DNA of 49,445 nucleotides, taken from positions 57,268,444 to 57,317,888 of the forward strand of contig NC_068987.1 of the NCBI RefSeq assembly GCF_001194135.2. The letters are read 5' to 3'. Positions 26,486 to 39,682 of this stretch are shown in pieces; position 1 is the first letter of the stretch; each line of letters opens with the position of its first letter. Origin of the DNA: Octopus bimaculoides. Taxonomy: Eukaryota. The position numbers and the translations under genes are program-made. The notes below the pieces were generated by a model. It saw only the letters and a program-made list of their open reading frames with translations. It was not told where the DNA came from and made no database searches.

Positions 26486-26790
26486 GTGAAGGCGCGTGGT
26501 TTAGTAGTTAGGGTGTTCAGATCATGATCATAAGGTCGTGCATTCGATTTCCGGTGGCGCTTTGAACAAGACAGACACATTGTTCCAATCCACTCAGCTG
26601 GTAAAAATGAGTAGTACCTGTATTTCAAACGGACAGTTATGTCACATTCTGTATCACGCTGACGATTATGTTAAGGGTACGCGTATCTGTGGAGTGCTCA
26701 GCCACTTGCACATTAATTTCACGAACAGTCTGTTCCGTTGACTGGATCAGCTGGAACCCTTATCATCGTAATCTACGGAGTGCCAGTTTT
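26486..26790 (+). mobile_element. tRNA-derived SINE family B (GGCGCGTGGTTTAGTAGTTAGGG head)
   Basis: tRNA-like A and B boxes at the head. The body (gtggagtgctcagccacttgcacattaatttcacgaac) also occurs in reverse at 43340-43690 and 45740-46090, and partly at about 24380-24550. Confidence 0.8.
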
Positions 26791-26859
26791 ACACACACAC
26801 ATACACACTCGTATATAAATATATATACATATGCATAAATATAAACGTATCTATACAAT

Positions 26860-26929
<70 letters not shown>

Positions 26930-29713
26930 GATGCACGACAAACATCACAACTCTTTAGTAACATGTTAAATGACACATTAAAATGCTAATTGTATATGAA
27001 AGCAGGAATAACATCCATGTAGCCGTTACATATAGCTATTAGTTAATTGATGCAACTCTATAGCTGGTTATTTAATATTTGACACCATTCAAAAGCAATC
27101 GATATTTCTTTGTAAAAAATCGATATTTCCTTCCCAAGAAAAATGTTTTTATCGATGTTTACATGTTTACTGATATTTTATTAACTCATGCAAATCTTCA
27201 CGGATATTCATAACGTTCTGTTATTCTTTTGAACTATTTCTGTTCATTTAATTTTTTTTCAGCGTGGCCGTATATTGTTATGTCAGTACGTCACGTTTCC
27301 ATAATTTAACAGCTTCTTTCAGTAAATATAGTACACCATTAGTAAGACTAGTGGTTATTGTATTAGTTACAGTATTAATATGAGTAACGGTGATATCAGA
27401 AGCAGTGTCAGTAGTAGAATCCACATCACTAGTACTCAATGGGTCTTCTTTAAGAAATACAGTAATCCCAAAACAATTCATTATCGTTTAAACATTTCAA
27501 ATTCATTCTGATAAAATCTGTTGTATTTTTTCTTTAGAAATTATAGTGTCGACATATCAACATATGTTTCAACAACACTAATAATAGCACAGGTTGCAGC
27601 AACAACAGTACTAGCACCACCACCGCTACCACTATCACCAACTGTAATGGTAGTTGGAATAACATTTATAACTATACAACAGGCTTTTAACAAAAGCACA
27701 AAGCAATACATTTTGGAAAGTGCCCAATCGATTAAACAACCCTAGTACTTGAGTTGTGCTATATTTTATCGATCTGAGAAAGGTGAAAGACAGAGATAAC
27801 CTCGGCGCGATATGAACTCAGAACGTTAAAGGCTGTTTCTAAATATGAAGTATTTCTCAACATTCTAACGATTCTGCTAAACCACTGCCTTATTTACACA
27901 TATAAAACGACAACCAACTCCATATTTGCAGAAACTTATGTAAACCCTTCAGTATTTTAATGTTAGCAGTAACTCCCTCCTATCCCACAAAGTTACTAGA
28001 CTCATGTTCAAATCTTTCCACTGTGTATTTAGAAAAGTTAATCTGGGGGAAAACAGCATTCTTTCTAAATTACATACAGAGGCGGATTTGAAATAATTGC
28101 GGGCTTATTTCACACTGCTTCCATTGTTTACTACGATAAAAATGTACCCTACTAAAATATATATTTACCTCTTCTTTAACTAGACTAGTTATAATCACGA
28201 GCAGTACTCAAGGAAATTCCACAGTAAATGCGAACATTTTTAGATGATTGTAAGTTTATATAGAACCATAACATTTAGCGTTCCTTTATAAATTGAATAT
28301 TCTGCATAATTTTCGTTTAAAAACACCTTTCAGTTATAGATAAGGCTGTAATTGAAGAAGCATGACTTTCCCATGCTCTCAGAAGTTCAGAGGTTCATTA
28401 TAAATCTTAGAGCTTCACAATGATTACAGAGAATATTCATGTCACTAATGTAACTTTAAATAGTATGGTTATATGTTTTTTTGTCGTTCTCTCCGATTTT
28501 CATTTTATATTCTAGCCTGAACATGCCCCCTTATCTCTTGTAAATACTGACTCTATATTCTTTGATTCATATTTTCTCTTCTACACGCTGATGCTCCCGT
28601 GCTTGTTCTAGTGTTTCGATACCCTGCTTCTCTTTACATCATTGCCTATACAGTCTCATTCTTTCTGTTGTTAGCTTCCATCGTCTGTCATTTATATTTT
28701 ATACACACATATCAATATTCAATCCAGAAGACGATCAATAATTGCACTTATGCGCATGCGTTCAATAATAGGTGATATAAAAACTTAGTTCAGTTTTAAA
28801 AAATTACACTTTTCACTATCCAATCACCACCACCACCACCACCATCTCTCTCTCTCTCTCTCTCTGTGTGCATTTTTTAAACTTCACCATCAGAACATCA
28901 CCACACCCTGTTAAACATATTTCTAACTCTGTTAAACATATTTCTCTACATCACTACCTTCAACTAACTTTTTTAAGCACGTTATAAATATTACGTTCCT
29001 CCTACCTCACGTTGTGGACGCTTCTCTCTCCCTCTTTATCTCTCTTCCTCTTTTTCTCTCTCCCTCTTTTCTTTCTCCCTCTTATTCTCTCGCTTTCGTC
29101 TTTCTCTTCAACTAATCACATGATAGCATAACATATGTCGGCCTTAGCGTATTCATATATAGATTTTCATCACAGTGATTGCTTTACTCCGGTGATAGGT
29201 TTCAAATTATTGAAAACTTCCATTGAAAGTCTAGTGAACTGTTCACTGAACCACCTAAAACGCTCAAATTCGCGAACTATGAGATTCACGTAATAAGGAC
29301 AAATAGAATGAAATTCATATGGGAGCAGTATAGGTTCTCCGTTCTCGTTATAAACGTTATATTTACACAAGAGAAAAATATATTTGAATAATCTAGGCGC
29401 CACTATCATTAGGTTCGAAAAATAAAACATAAATAACAGCAGTGTTCGGCTCTTTGAATCAGCTTTCAATTGTTCTCAGCTCTATGCTATTCCAAGAGTC
29501 AGAACCATTGGCAAAATTAAGTTTGTCCTTCAGTTTGGCAAAAACTCTTTTCAATTCACTTTTCCTTCGAAAATTGTTGTGTACTGCTACGCACTAATAA
29601 ATTTGAAATAATCCACAATAATGTCCGATACTTTGTTGTTAACAAAGTTTAAAGCCACTTTATTTGAACATATTTAAGTTGTCATAATAAAGAAAAAAAA
29701 AAGATACACTTAC

Positions 29714-29941
29714 CCAGCGTTCCTGCATCAACTACAGCTAGAAAACCTAGGTAAATTCCCATAAAGAGATCAGCAGTCGCTAAGTTGCAAATTAAAAAGC
29801 GTTGTACGTCCATTTTGGATTTACTTGTGATGGAGACAAATAAAACAACACTGTTTCCTAACAAAGCAAGCTGTAAAACAACCCAGACACCGCATCGTAG
29901 GTACCACCATCCAAACAAATCATCACATGGTAGAAATGGAT
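29714..29941 (-). CDS. rk: Type-B LGR exon encoding end of hinge, TM1 and TM2
   Basis: Acceptor ttgcattctatttcAG at 29943-29942 and donor CTG G|GTAAGT at 29713-29712. The exon is 228 nt, phase 1-1. It translates (D)PFLPCDDLFGWWYLRCGVWVVLQLALLGNSVVLFVSITSKSKMDVQRFLICNLATADLFMGIYLGFLAVVDAGTL(G). PFLPCxDLFxWWxLRCGVW, SKMDVxRFL and VDAxTLGEF are type-B/rickets signatures rather than FSHR/TSHR-type ones (PDAFNPCEDIMG). Confidence 0.95.
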
Positions 29942-30585
29942 CTGAAATAGAATGCAAACAATAAAGTATTACTCACATACGCAAGCGCTTACAGATACAC
30001 TAACAGACACACACACACACACACANNNNNNNNNNNNNNNNNNNNNNNNNNNNNNNNNNNNNNNNNNNNNNNNNNNNNNNNNNNNNNNNNNNNNNNNNNN
30101 NNNNNNNNNNNNNNNNNNNNNNNNNNNNNNNNNNNNNNNNNNNNNNNNNNNNNNNNNNNNNNNNNNNNNNNNNNNNNNNNNNNNNNNNNNNNNNNNNNNN
30201 NNNNNNNNNNNNNNNNNNNNNNNNNNNNNNNNNNNNNNNNNNNNNNNNNNNNNNNNNNNNNNNNNNNNNNNNNNNNNNNNNNNNNNNNNNNNNNNNNNNN
30301 NNNNNNNNNNNNNNNNNNNNNNNNNNNNNNNNNNNNNNNNNNNNNNNNNNNNNNNNNNNNNNNNNNNNNNNNNNNNNNNNNNNNNNNNNNNNNNNNNNNN
30401 NNNNNNNNNNNNNNNNNNNNNNNNNNNNNNNNNNNNNNNNNNNNNNNNNNNNNNNNNNNNNNNNNNNNNNNNNNNNNNNNNNNNNNNNNNNNNNNNNNNN
30501 NNNNNNNNNNNNNNNNNNNNNNNNNNNNNNNNNNNNNNNNNNNNNNNNNNNNNNNNNNNNNNNNNNNNNNNNNNNNNNNNNNNNN

Positions 30586-30629
<44 letters not shown>

Positions 30630-31621
30630 TTGTGTGTGTATTCATTTATGAATTATGCGTATATGTGTCGCATACTTCTCAAGAAACAATAGTTTATGAA
30701 ATATTGTATGTGTCGACCGAGTTAATTAAGATTGCCGATTGTAAGACATTTCGAGAGCTAAGTGCAGAACAATCTTGCACCAAGGGAATGTGTGTACAAC
30801 GATATATTTTAAGATTAGACTACATATTTGCATATTTGCATATGATAGACTACCGATGTTATAACGATCTGTATTCTGTTATGCATATGCAACCTATTGA
30901 TAATGAGTCTTTTACTATTTATAATTCTAGTAGCTTCGAAGATTTTTAGCTAAGAAAATAATCTTTAATTTTAAATTGTAATCGCTGATTGTTCAGGCTA
31001 GCCATTCCTCATCCAACGATAACTATTTTCAGCTAGTTATACTGGTTGGTTTCAGAGTTAACTGTCTTGGTAATGAACACAACACAGTACTTGGGACAGG
31101 AATCGAACCACTAAACTTACAGCTGGTTATCCGACACTGTGTCTATCGGTCATGTGCGCTTTATAAAATTTTATAACAAAGAGCATTTAAGAAAACTGGC
31201 AAAATTATGTTATACTACACAGGGGGCATATGCTAATTATAAACGCTGAATGAACAGGAAATTAATCGATATAAATTTCTATATGTTTATCATTGCTCAG
31301 TAAATTTTTAAGTTTCGAAAATATATAATAATATTTTTTCTTTTGGTCTAGAATGTATATTATTGATAATTCTTTTATCGTGAAATTTATAACAAAAGAC
31401 GAAAGGGAGAAATGTGCAGATTATATGTTTTGCAATAAGAAACTCATTAAAAATTTTCTCTCAGCATAACAACAGGAGTTTCTAAAGCGAAAATATTGCT
31501 TCATTTGCAGTCAAAGCAGATTTCTAAGTTTGTAACATATAATTGGAAAATAAGTAATGTTTCTGTCAGAGGATATCACCATTACCTGCAAGGAACTTGA
31601 TAATTAGCATTTGAAATTCCC

Positions 31622-31674
<53 letters not shown>

Positions 31675-31689
31675 GGAAAAAGACAAAGT

Positions 31690-32400
31690 AGAAAATGCTA
31701 AAATACTTTTATAAAGAACATTACAGTACCGGTTTCGAGCCTTGAGATCTTTTCAACAGTAAATATGAATAATACATTTTTGAAAAATTATTGAAAAATT
31801 AAATTTTGGTAAATTTAAAAGAAAAGTTCTTTTAAAGACATATTTGTATAGTATTCAAATAACAGGGACATTTTTCTTGTTTCTGTCTGTCTCTGTTTCA
31901 CTTGTTAACTCTTGTGGGTTCGAAGAAGGAGTGCTATGATAGTAGCAGAGTGTTAATTGGTTGGGTGTCCTGACATTGACCTGTTGACGGTCGTAGTGAT
32001 CTGTATTGTTTATAATGTTTGATTAGGTGTTATTTTAAAAAGCAGTAGTAGTAATAAAGTAAGGGAAGAGGTGGTGGAATGGAAGAAGAAGATGACAGAG
32101 AAGATGAGGGATGGGGAGAAGAAGAGAAATAGTAATAATAGAATGCAGGATAGTGTGATAGTAACTAGTCCACCGAGTAGTGATTGGGGTTGTTTTTTTA
32201 AAATATTTTTTTATAATTCCTTGCGTATCTATTTGGAGTTTATCATTTTTAATATTTGCGTGTGTGTTTTATTCTAATGTCGTGGTAGATATGTCATTCG
32301 TTGTAGATGTGTTCAGAAGGGGTCTGTATTTTGTGACGAAGAGAGACTCTTTACTAATTCTTTGGTTGTAGGTTGTTTCGTCTCTGAATTGATAGAGGGG
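31690..32400 (-). mobile_element. Possible Penelope-like terminal-repeat relic with a decayed hammerhead-like motif
   Basis: The minus strand at 31721-31762 reads TTACTGTTGAAAAGATCTCAAGGCTCGAAACCGGTACTGTAA. This resembles the minimal hammerhead CUGANGA-stemII-GAAACCGGUA but has core substitutions. Confidence 0.35.
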
Positions 32401-33340
32401 AAAAATTCTGAAACTCTATCATATATCTACATTTATAATGCACACGTGCACCTACACACACATACGCTTGCACACACTCACATTCACACATACACACACA
32501 GATATTCACATATGGAAAGCACGGCTAAGTTCTAATTTATTATTTATAAATGTTTTCCACATGTCTGCACATCAGACCCTTACCAACGTGTACAGACTAT
32601 CTTAGCCTCATCTTCAGTACGTGGTGTAATTTTGGCTTTAGTGCTGTCATTTTAATGATAAGGTGGAAGTGCTTATGCTTATACTCATACCGATTTTGTT
32701 GCTAGAATGTAGCCTTTAGGTCGTTAGATCTCATTGGAAATGCAGATGTGGCGTGTAAAAAATAAAATCTGAAGCCATCCTCGGAGTAATCTGATCTTAG
32801 GATGCGAAGGTAGTGAATTACATACAGTAACTAATTCGATCTAAGTTTGCTACTCATTTCTCCGGGATCGATAAAATGAGTACCTGCATTAGAAGGAAAC
32901 CGGTTCAATCGACCAACCGCATCCATTGTCTGTCATACAATATTGGCATTGAGCATAGTGTAAAAAGAATTTAATAACATCAGTATAAAGTATTAAAACA
33001 CTTGCACCCGCCGGAAATATAGCTACAGCAGCAGTGGCAGCAGTAGCAGCAACCGCAGCTATTACACCACCGATAAATATAGCAGCAATACCTGCACCAA
33101 GCAACAATATCCGCAGTAAAAATAAAATCATTAAATAAAGCATTATCCAGTACACAGTAACAGACAGTATTCTATCATTGTTAGTGGTATTGTGTGATTG
33201 TTCTGACTATAAGTGCAAATATTTTTGTATTTGCCAGTTTTATTCTGTTGAAATGAAAAACATGAACGCTGTCAAATACACGGTGTCAATTAACAGCACA
33301 ACGGAAATTATCGCGTGCGCGAGCATGTGGGAGAAAGACA

Positions 33341-33500
33341 GAGAGAGAGAGGTGAGTGGAGAGAGAGAGGTGAGTGGAGAGAGAGAGAGGTGAGTGGAGA
33401 GAGAGAGAGGTGAGTGGAGAGAGAGAGGTGAGTGGAGAGAGAGAGGTGAGTGGAGAGAGAGAAGAGAGAGAGAAGGAGAGAGAGAGAGAAGGAGAGAGAG
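33341..33500. repeat. Minisatellite: six GGTGAGTGGA cores spaced by (GA)n, then a GA-rich tail
   Basis: Directly visible, with an 18-20 bp period. Confidence 0.95.
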
Positions 33501-33592
33501 ATAGAACGTTGGGGACAAAGATTCGCATTCATAAATTACACTCACATAAAGAGAAAGAAAAGAGCTGCGGGCATAAACATAAACATCATTAC

Positions 33593-33778
33593 CTGGCATA
33601 GGCTGACACATAATTGGTGGCCTGGAAGCCATAATATCTCTGTTGTCTGGCTGGACATAGTCCTCAAGATGTTCTATAGTGGCAGGTGGAAGTTCCGTCA
33701 TATTATAGTCCATTTCTGGTCTGAATTTACCTTCCAGGATGTCAACAGCCACGCCGTAGTGAAGAATTGAACCATTTA
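33593..33778 (-). CDS. rk: Type-B LGR hinge exon
   Basis: Acceptor ttttatttatgcAG at 33780-33779 and donor CCA G|GTAATG at 33592-33591. The exon is 186 nt, phase 1-1. It translates (V)NGSILHYGVAVDILEGKFRPEMDYNMTELPPATIEHLEDYVQPDNRDIMASRPPIMCQPMP. Splicing to the next exon creates the conserved CxPxP-[D/G]-PFLPC junction. Confidence 0.88.
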
Positions 33779-34723
33779 CTGCATAAATAAAAATAAAATT
33801 ATAACATAACTTTGTTAGTTTCCAGTCAAAGATAAATCAATTCGCAATAAAGAAAAAAATATGGATGAGAAGGAAACATACTCGTGTTTAATTTATAGAG
33901 CTTTTTGCCTAATATGTTAAATTTAAAAAAAAATTAGTTTAACCGTATCCCATATATTGTGAAGTGCTGAAACTTTATGATTGAGTAGGTAAAGTGTAAG
34001 AGCTTTAATTAAAAAAAAAATTATTTTATATGTTTCAGTTATTAAACTACGGCCATGTTGGGGCACGCCTTTGACGGCTTTCATCTAACAAATCGACCCC
34101 AGTACTTATTCTTTTTAAATCTGACACTTATTCTACCGATAATTTATGAGGACCTAAACAAATCAACACTGGCTGTTAATCAGTGTGAGTATAACACAAA
34201 ATACGCACATACACACATATATACGCACACTCACACACATATGAAGGTTTTTGCCACATAGTTTCTGTCGACCAAATTCACTTAGAATGCATTGGTCGAT
34301 CCGGGGCTATAGTAAAAGAAGCTTGTCTAAGGTGCTACACAATGGGACAGAATCAGAAATCATGTGGTTGAAGAAAAGAAATATCAGATGACATGTATAC
34401 TGAGGTGATGTGATTGATCAAACATTTCGAGGTAGTTTTCTTGTGTGACCGCAGCTCAACGAATGAAACTAGTTTCTAATTGAGGCACAAGGTCAGTCTA
34501 ATAATAAAGGCACAACGTCAGTTATTTGTGGAGAGGGGTTGAGTTGGCACTGTCAACCCACCCTTGTATTTGTGTTTGTGTGTCTTTTTGTGTGTTTGTG
34601 TATATGTTTAGGGTGTGATAGATAAACCTTTCATATTTTACAAGGCTATTAGTGTAGTGCTAGTGAAGTTAGGCAAATGATAATGTCTTCATGTAGCTAA
34701 CGTTTCATCGTTTTTTCAGTTAC

Positions 34724-34876
34724 CATCATGGTTTGATCTGAAGTACACAATACGTTTGTTGTCGAAACGTTTGTCAATAATGGTGAGTCTGAGTCTTTTT
34801 CTACCATTCCCTGTATGTACAGCCTTCCACGCTCCGTCTCCTGAAGTGCTCTTACAAGGTGTTGGTCTGTTCGAGA
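34724..34876 (-). CDS. Probable upstream hinge exon of the type-B LGR (5' boundary uncertain: 34876 or 34983)
   Basis: Donor CAT GAT G|GTAACT at 34723 is phase 1 and fits the 33778 acceptor. The open frame reads SNRPTPCKSTSGDGAWKAVHTGNGRKRLRLTIIDKRFDNKRIVYFRSNHD. Two candidate acceptors exist: tatcttctgtcAG (34878-34877, 153-nt exon) and ttttatatatacAG (34985-34984, 260-nt exon adding YGCMHGYVVKRNSLSSHEVPKWTNLSSTFGKYLLSV). Hinges are poorly conserved, so support is phase logic and composition only. Confidence 0.55.
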
Positions 34877-36834
34877 CTGACAGAAGATACTTGCCAAAAG
34901 TACTGCTCAAATTAGTCCATTTCGGTACCTCGTGGCTGCTAAGCGAATTTCTTTTTACCACATAGCCATGCATGCATCCGTAGCTGTATATATAAAATGA
35001 GTCCGTCACGTATGATTTATAATACAAAAGATTTATATTTTTGTGAGCTGTATTTGGGTGAATTTTGAGACCAACGGTGTCATGTTATCATATCTCAGAT
35101 GTTCTAAGTTTTAGTGTTTAGGAACATACTGAGACACAAATATATACTTATATGATTGAATGTGACATACGTGCATGTGTGTGGATGTATGTGTAGGTGA
35201 ATATATGTGCATATCTTGCCTTACGTGTTAATCTTTTAATTTGCCGAAAAAAATAGTGTTCTAAACGGTAGAATAACATCAAATGCTTTGCAATATTTAG
35301 CTATGTCCCTACATGTCCCTACATTTCAAATAAATCTAGGACTGATAAAGTAATTAACCGTAAAATACTGATAGTTGATTCAAGCAGATCAACAAATGTA
35401 TTGCTTGGTGCCTACGTAAGTAATTGATATGTTTTATCTGTCATTTACTGTGGAAACTTGCCACTCGGGTTCCCTTCTCATTTGTTCATACAAGTTTCAT
35501 AAAACAAGGCTCCTATCTTGATACAAGATTACTACAATTATACTGTTAATATCATCGTAAAAAAATCATCGGTGAGGTGTCCTTTATGTGTTTCTTTGAC
35601 CTTCAAGAAATGGCAGCTAATTTCTCTTAAATCACGCACTATTATTTTATGGATGGCAAACTGAGTAATTCGATCATGGGTGTTCTGTGTGTAAGAAGAC
35701 TGGATGATTTTTGGTTAGAATGCTTTAGATCATAGGTCCGTCTACTCCTTGAGAGCTAACGTGGAGCTAAGTAAATTCAACATGAACATAATTCCACATT
35801 TTCGTCTTAGTTTTAAACTAGAATGTTTCCAATCAAAAGAAACTGCTGAAACCACTTACGATATCTCTATACAATATTACATTAATAATAATTATATTAC
35901 CATATAATATATAAAAATCAATTATTTTTTTTTGTCATATGATTAAATTTAAATATTGTGCAATTTCAAAGATTTGAATAGAAGCGAGAATTTATTTAAT
36001 TTTTATTCCTCATTGGCGCCTTTGGATATGGAAAATTTCAGATGGGATTTTAAATCGACTTTCTATGAATAGAAATCTTATTAACATTTGCGAAAATGCA
36101 TTATCAACATTTTTCAAAAATTATTTGATACAATGAATATATTTCAACTAATGACATTGAATGCCATTTCATATTAATTCGCTCATCACATCTAACAATG
36201 GATATAACTATGCCTAGAGCATAATTTATTGCAATAGTCATTTAAATTTTAAATATTTAACTTGCCGGTATATTCCTATTATACTAATAAAAGGAAAACA
36301 ATATTCATCTAACCTCACATGCTGCAATGTTATCTTAATTTATCACCAAGATTTTTGAGTAGAAAAAGAAGTGAAGATGTTCATTATTTTTCTGTATACA
36401 AGACTACAGACATTGCAATATTTCGCATCTAAGTTTATATTCCGAGGTTTACTTGAGGCAACCTTATTTTATTCATGTCCTTAGTGTCAGCTATGTCGGC
36501 CATTTTGTTTTATATGATAACATTCGCACCTCGAATTTATAAAAGTCACATCCTCATTATATAAGCGCATTGTTATTATACAAGCCAATTTTTTATCTTT
36601 TACTTTTTTCAGTCATTTGACTGCGCCCATGCTGGGACACCATCTTAAACGATTTAGTCGAACAAGTTGATACTTTATTTTTTCTGAAATCTGACACTTA
36701 TTCTGTCTCTCCACCCCCGAGCCGCTAAGTTATGGGGACAGACAAATCTTACTGTCAGGCTGTTATGGCTTATAAACGTTAACATGAAGACACATATACT
36801 TAGGTGTATACATATACATACATATGTATATCTA

Positions 36835-36928
<94 letters not shown>
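36835..36928. repeat. (CA)n microsatellite
   Basis: Directly visible. Confidence 0.97.
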
Positions 36929-36929
<1 letters not shown>

Positions 36930-38904
36930 AATATATTTTCCATTGGATCCTGAAATGAAAAATCATATACTCAATCCATGATTTGGTATTTGAAGTAATT
37001 AATTTTTGCCCCTTTTACCTGCAATATATAAGCTGAGTTGACCATAGTCTGTCACCAAAAGAAAATAACTACCGTAACTGAGATGGTTTATAATTTTATT
37101 TGAATTGAGATTAATTTGAAGGAAATTTACCTACTATTTCTAACATGTTGACCAATTACATGAGATGCCCTCTCGTTGATGCGATAATTATCAATTTATA
37201 ATCAGTGGCGTTGGTTTTAGCTCATTACTGATTATTTCTGGTTGGATTTCTAATCAAGTTTCACAGTAACAACATCATCGTTTATATTGACACAGTTTTC
37301 TTTAATTTAAACATCAACCAGCTTAACTTCAGTTTTCTGAATTAATTTTTATCTTGTGCAAGGGCAAGAATTGATATTGCTTAAAAATAAATACATAATG
37401 AAAATTAAAAATAGCAAAATGAAGAGCTACTTAGTACATTAAGGATTTAAAAAAAAAACTAAAACTACTTATCCAGTAGTCAAGTTTGACAAAGGTATTG
37501 ACAAGAGCAATTAATGACTGTCAACATTTAATCTTTTAACCATTCATGCATTATGCTAGTTTCTATCCTATCACACTCACTGCCTTGAGCTCTTGAATAA
37601 AACTCCCCCAGCCTTCTTTGCTGAAATTAATTACAGCGTTTGCAACTTTGTGAGAAGTGAAACAGATGAACTACCAAAGTATTAATCTATCAACCAGCTT
37701 GTTTAAATTTGATGCGTATTGTTCGTTATGCTTCTGAAGGAGGACACTTAAATCTTCATGTATCGATTCACTTCACTGCTGCACTGCCGGAAAGTTCCAG
37801 TAAATGATTTATCTACGGAGTAATCAGGTGTTTCTTTGATTTTGCTATTCTTTTCTTCCTTTTGGTAAGATGGATGATTTTGACTCACCACTAGAACTGG
37901 TCAATTCAAGAATTAAATATCATGGCTACAGATACAACGTAGTGTCTGTAACAGTGTTCAAAACGCCAATCTTTCAGTTGATTTTTGGAGGTAGCCTAAC
38001 AACAGTGAGCACTCTCCGAGATATCATTTCACGTTCATTAAATTTTATTACCTTTAATATTTAAGTAATTTTTTAAAGTAAATAAACTAAATAGAATATC
38101 GGGCTGTCAGATAAATTTTTTTTCTACTTGGAACTCTATCATCGTATATTTGAAAAGAGGGAATATTTATTCAGATATCAAAAACGATAAACAATGGTTA
38201 TAGGGAAAGAAAAGAGCTACAAAAATCATCATAAAATACTACGATAAAATATTTTTCGTGTTAAATCCAATAACATTGGAGTAGACTAAAATAAATGAAA
38301 TGAAAAATGGAACGAACATATTTATATGTCAACATTGTATTTAGTATACTTAGATATTGCAACCAATGGCCATTTGATCAGTGAGACTTATATATGTTAT
38401 TTCCATATACCATATAAGCCATTAATTCAAACAGAAAACATTCTGTAAGCTCCTGGCAAGGAGAATCTGGTGTTCTTGTTTCCATATTCGCAAACAACTA
38501 TTTTGTTTTTGTACATTGATATGCTCTTAGGCAATCTCAATTTCTCTACGATAATAAAAATCAGTTTTTATTTTCTCGAAAGAAATCAATACTTTGAGGT
38601 TGTTTTTATTTATCTACTTATTTATTTATTTAATAAACATCTCAAATGTATTTATTGGAGTAACATATGGATGAAGTAACTACGGAAAACAACAAAATAT
38701 TTAGCCATTGCATGCAAACTGAAAAAAAAATTATAGAAAATTTTCATACCAGAGAATGTAATTTCAAAATAAATATAGAAAGAATGCCGAGCTTTTCTGA
38801 ATCCAAAAATAAATCTTCATTTACAATTTAAACTTGTTCAAAATCCCATTGAAGAAAATTATATTTTATGTGCATTAACACAAATGCAACTATCAAACGA
38901 TAAC

Positions 38905-39014
<110 letters not shown>

Positions 39015-39599
39015 GCAGAAAAGTATAGATATGTATATATATGCATACACACACATATGTAAAATGCATGCATACACAAACACACACACAACGCACACAG
39101 AAATAAGCACGCACACATTCACACCCATGGTGATCAGGTTTATGTCGAAGATTCACCAAGAACGGTTTTTAACTTGAGTAAATATAAGACTAGCTTCTTA
39201 TTCTCTTTGCGCACGCACACACGCGCGCGCGTGCGAATCCTATAAGGAACTCGATCAGAATTTCCGACAACGAATTTTACTTGTTTTACTTAACTACGTG
39301 TCTCATTGAATTATTGTGAAAGTGACTGACTTTTTCACAGACAAAACACGTATATTCGCATCCAGGGTACAAGTTTGAATCAATGAATTAAAAATATAGG
39401 CCCGCCGACTGACTTCTTCACAGTTTCTGTTTACCTAATTTAACTCACGGTCTTCAAATTTATCCGAGGTCATAGGAAATGGCGTTTGCACAAGCTGCCG
39501 AACAGTGAGATCGAACTCAGAGACTCGTGGTTACAAAGCGAACTCAACCATACTGCACTTATACATACATAATACATACATACATACCGACACATGCAT

Positions 39600-39623
39600 T
39601 TTCTCTGTCTGTCTGTCTGTCTG

Positions 39624-39680
<57 letters not shown>
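39600..39680. repeat. (TCTG)n/(CT)n microsatellite
   Basis: Directly visible. Confidence 0.97.

Positions 39681-39682
<2 letters not shown>

Noticed and set aside
27278-27745. Thr/Ser-rich and hydrophobic small ORFs
   Set aside because: Low-complexity sequence with no splice support or recognisable domain, inside a complete intron.
29170-29469. 99-aa minus-strand ORF next to the TM1-TM2 exon
   Set aside because: No similarity to LGR TM3. The true next exon is at 250-429 and joins with no missing residues.
29952-30692. The two longest ORFs in the track (246 and 218 aa)
   Set aside because: They read through an N gap.
34697-34897. Alternative frame (SRTDQHLV...TNVSTTNVLC...) as the hinge exon
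   Set aside because: Its donor would be phase 0, which does not fit the phase-1 acceptor at 33778 unless another exon intervenes. It is not fully excluded.
37995-38025. HCC (minus strand) as the hinge YAYHCC motif
   Set aside because: It is followed immediately by a TAG stop and preceded by non-matching residues.
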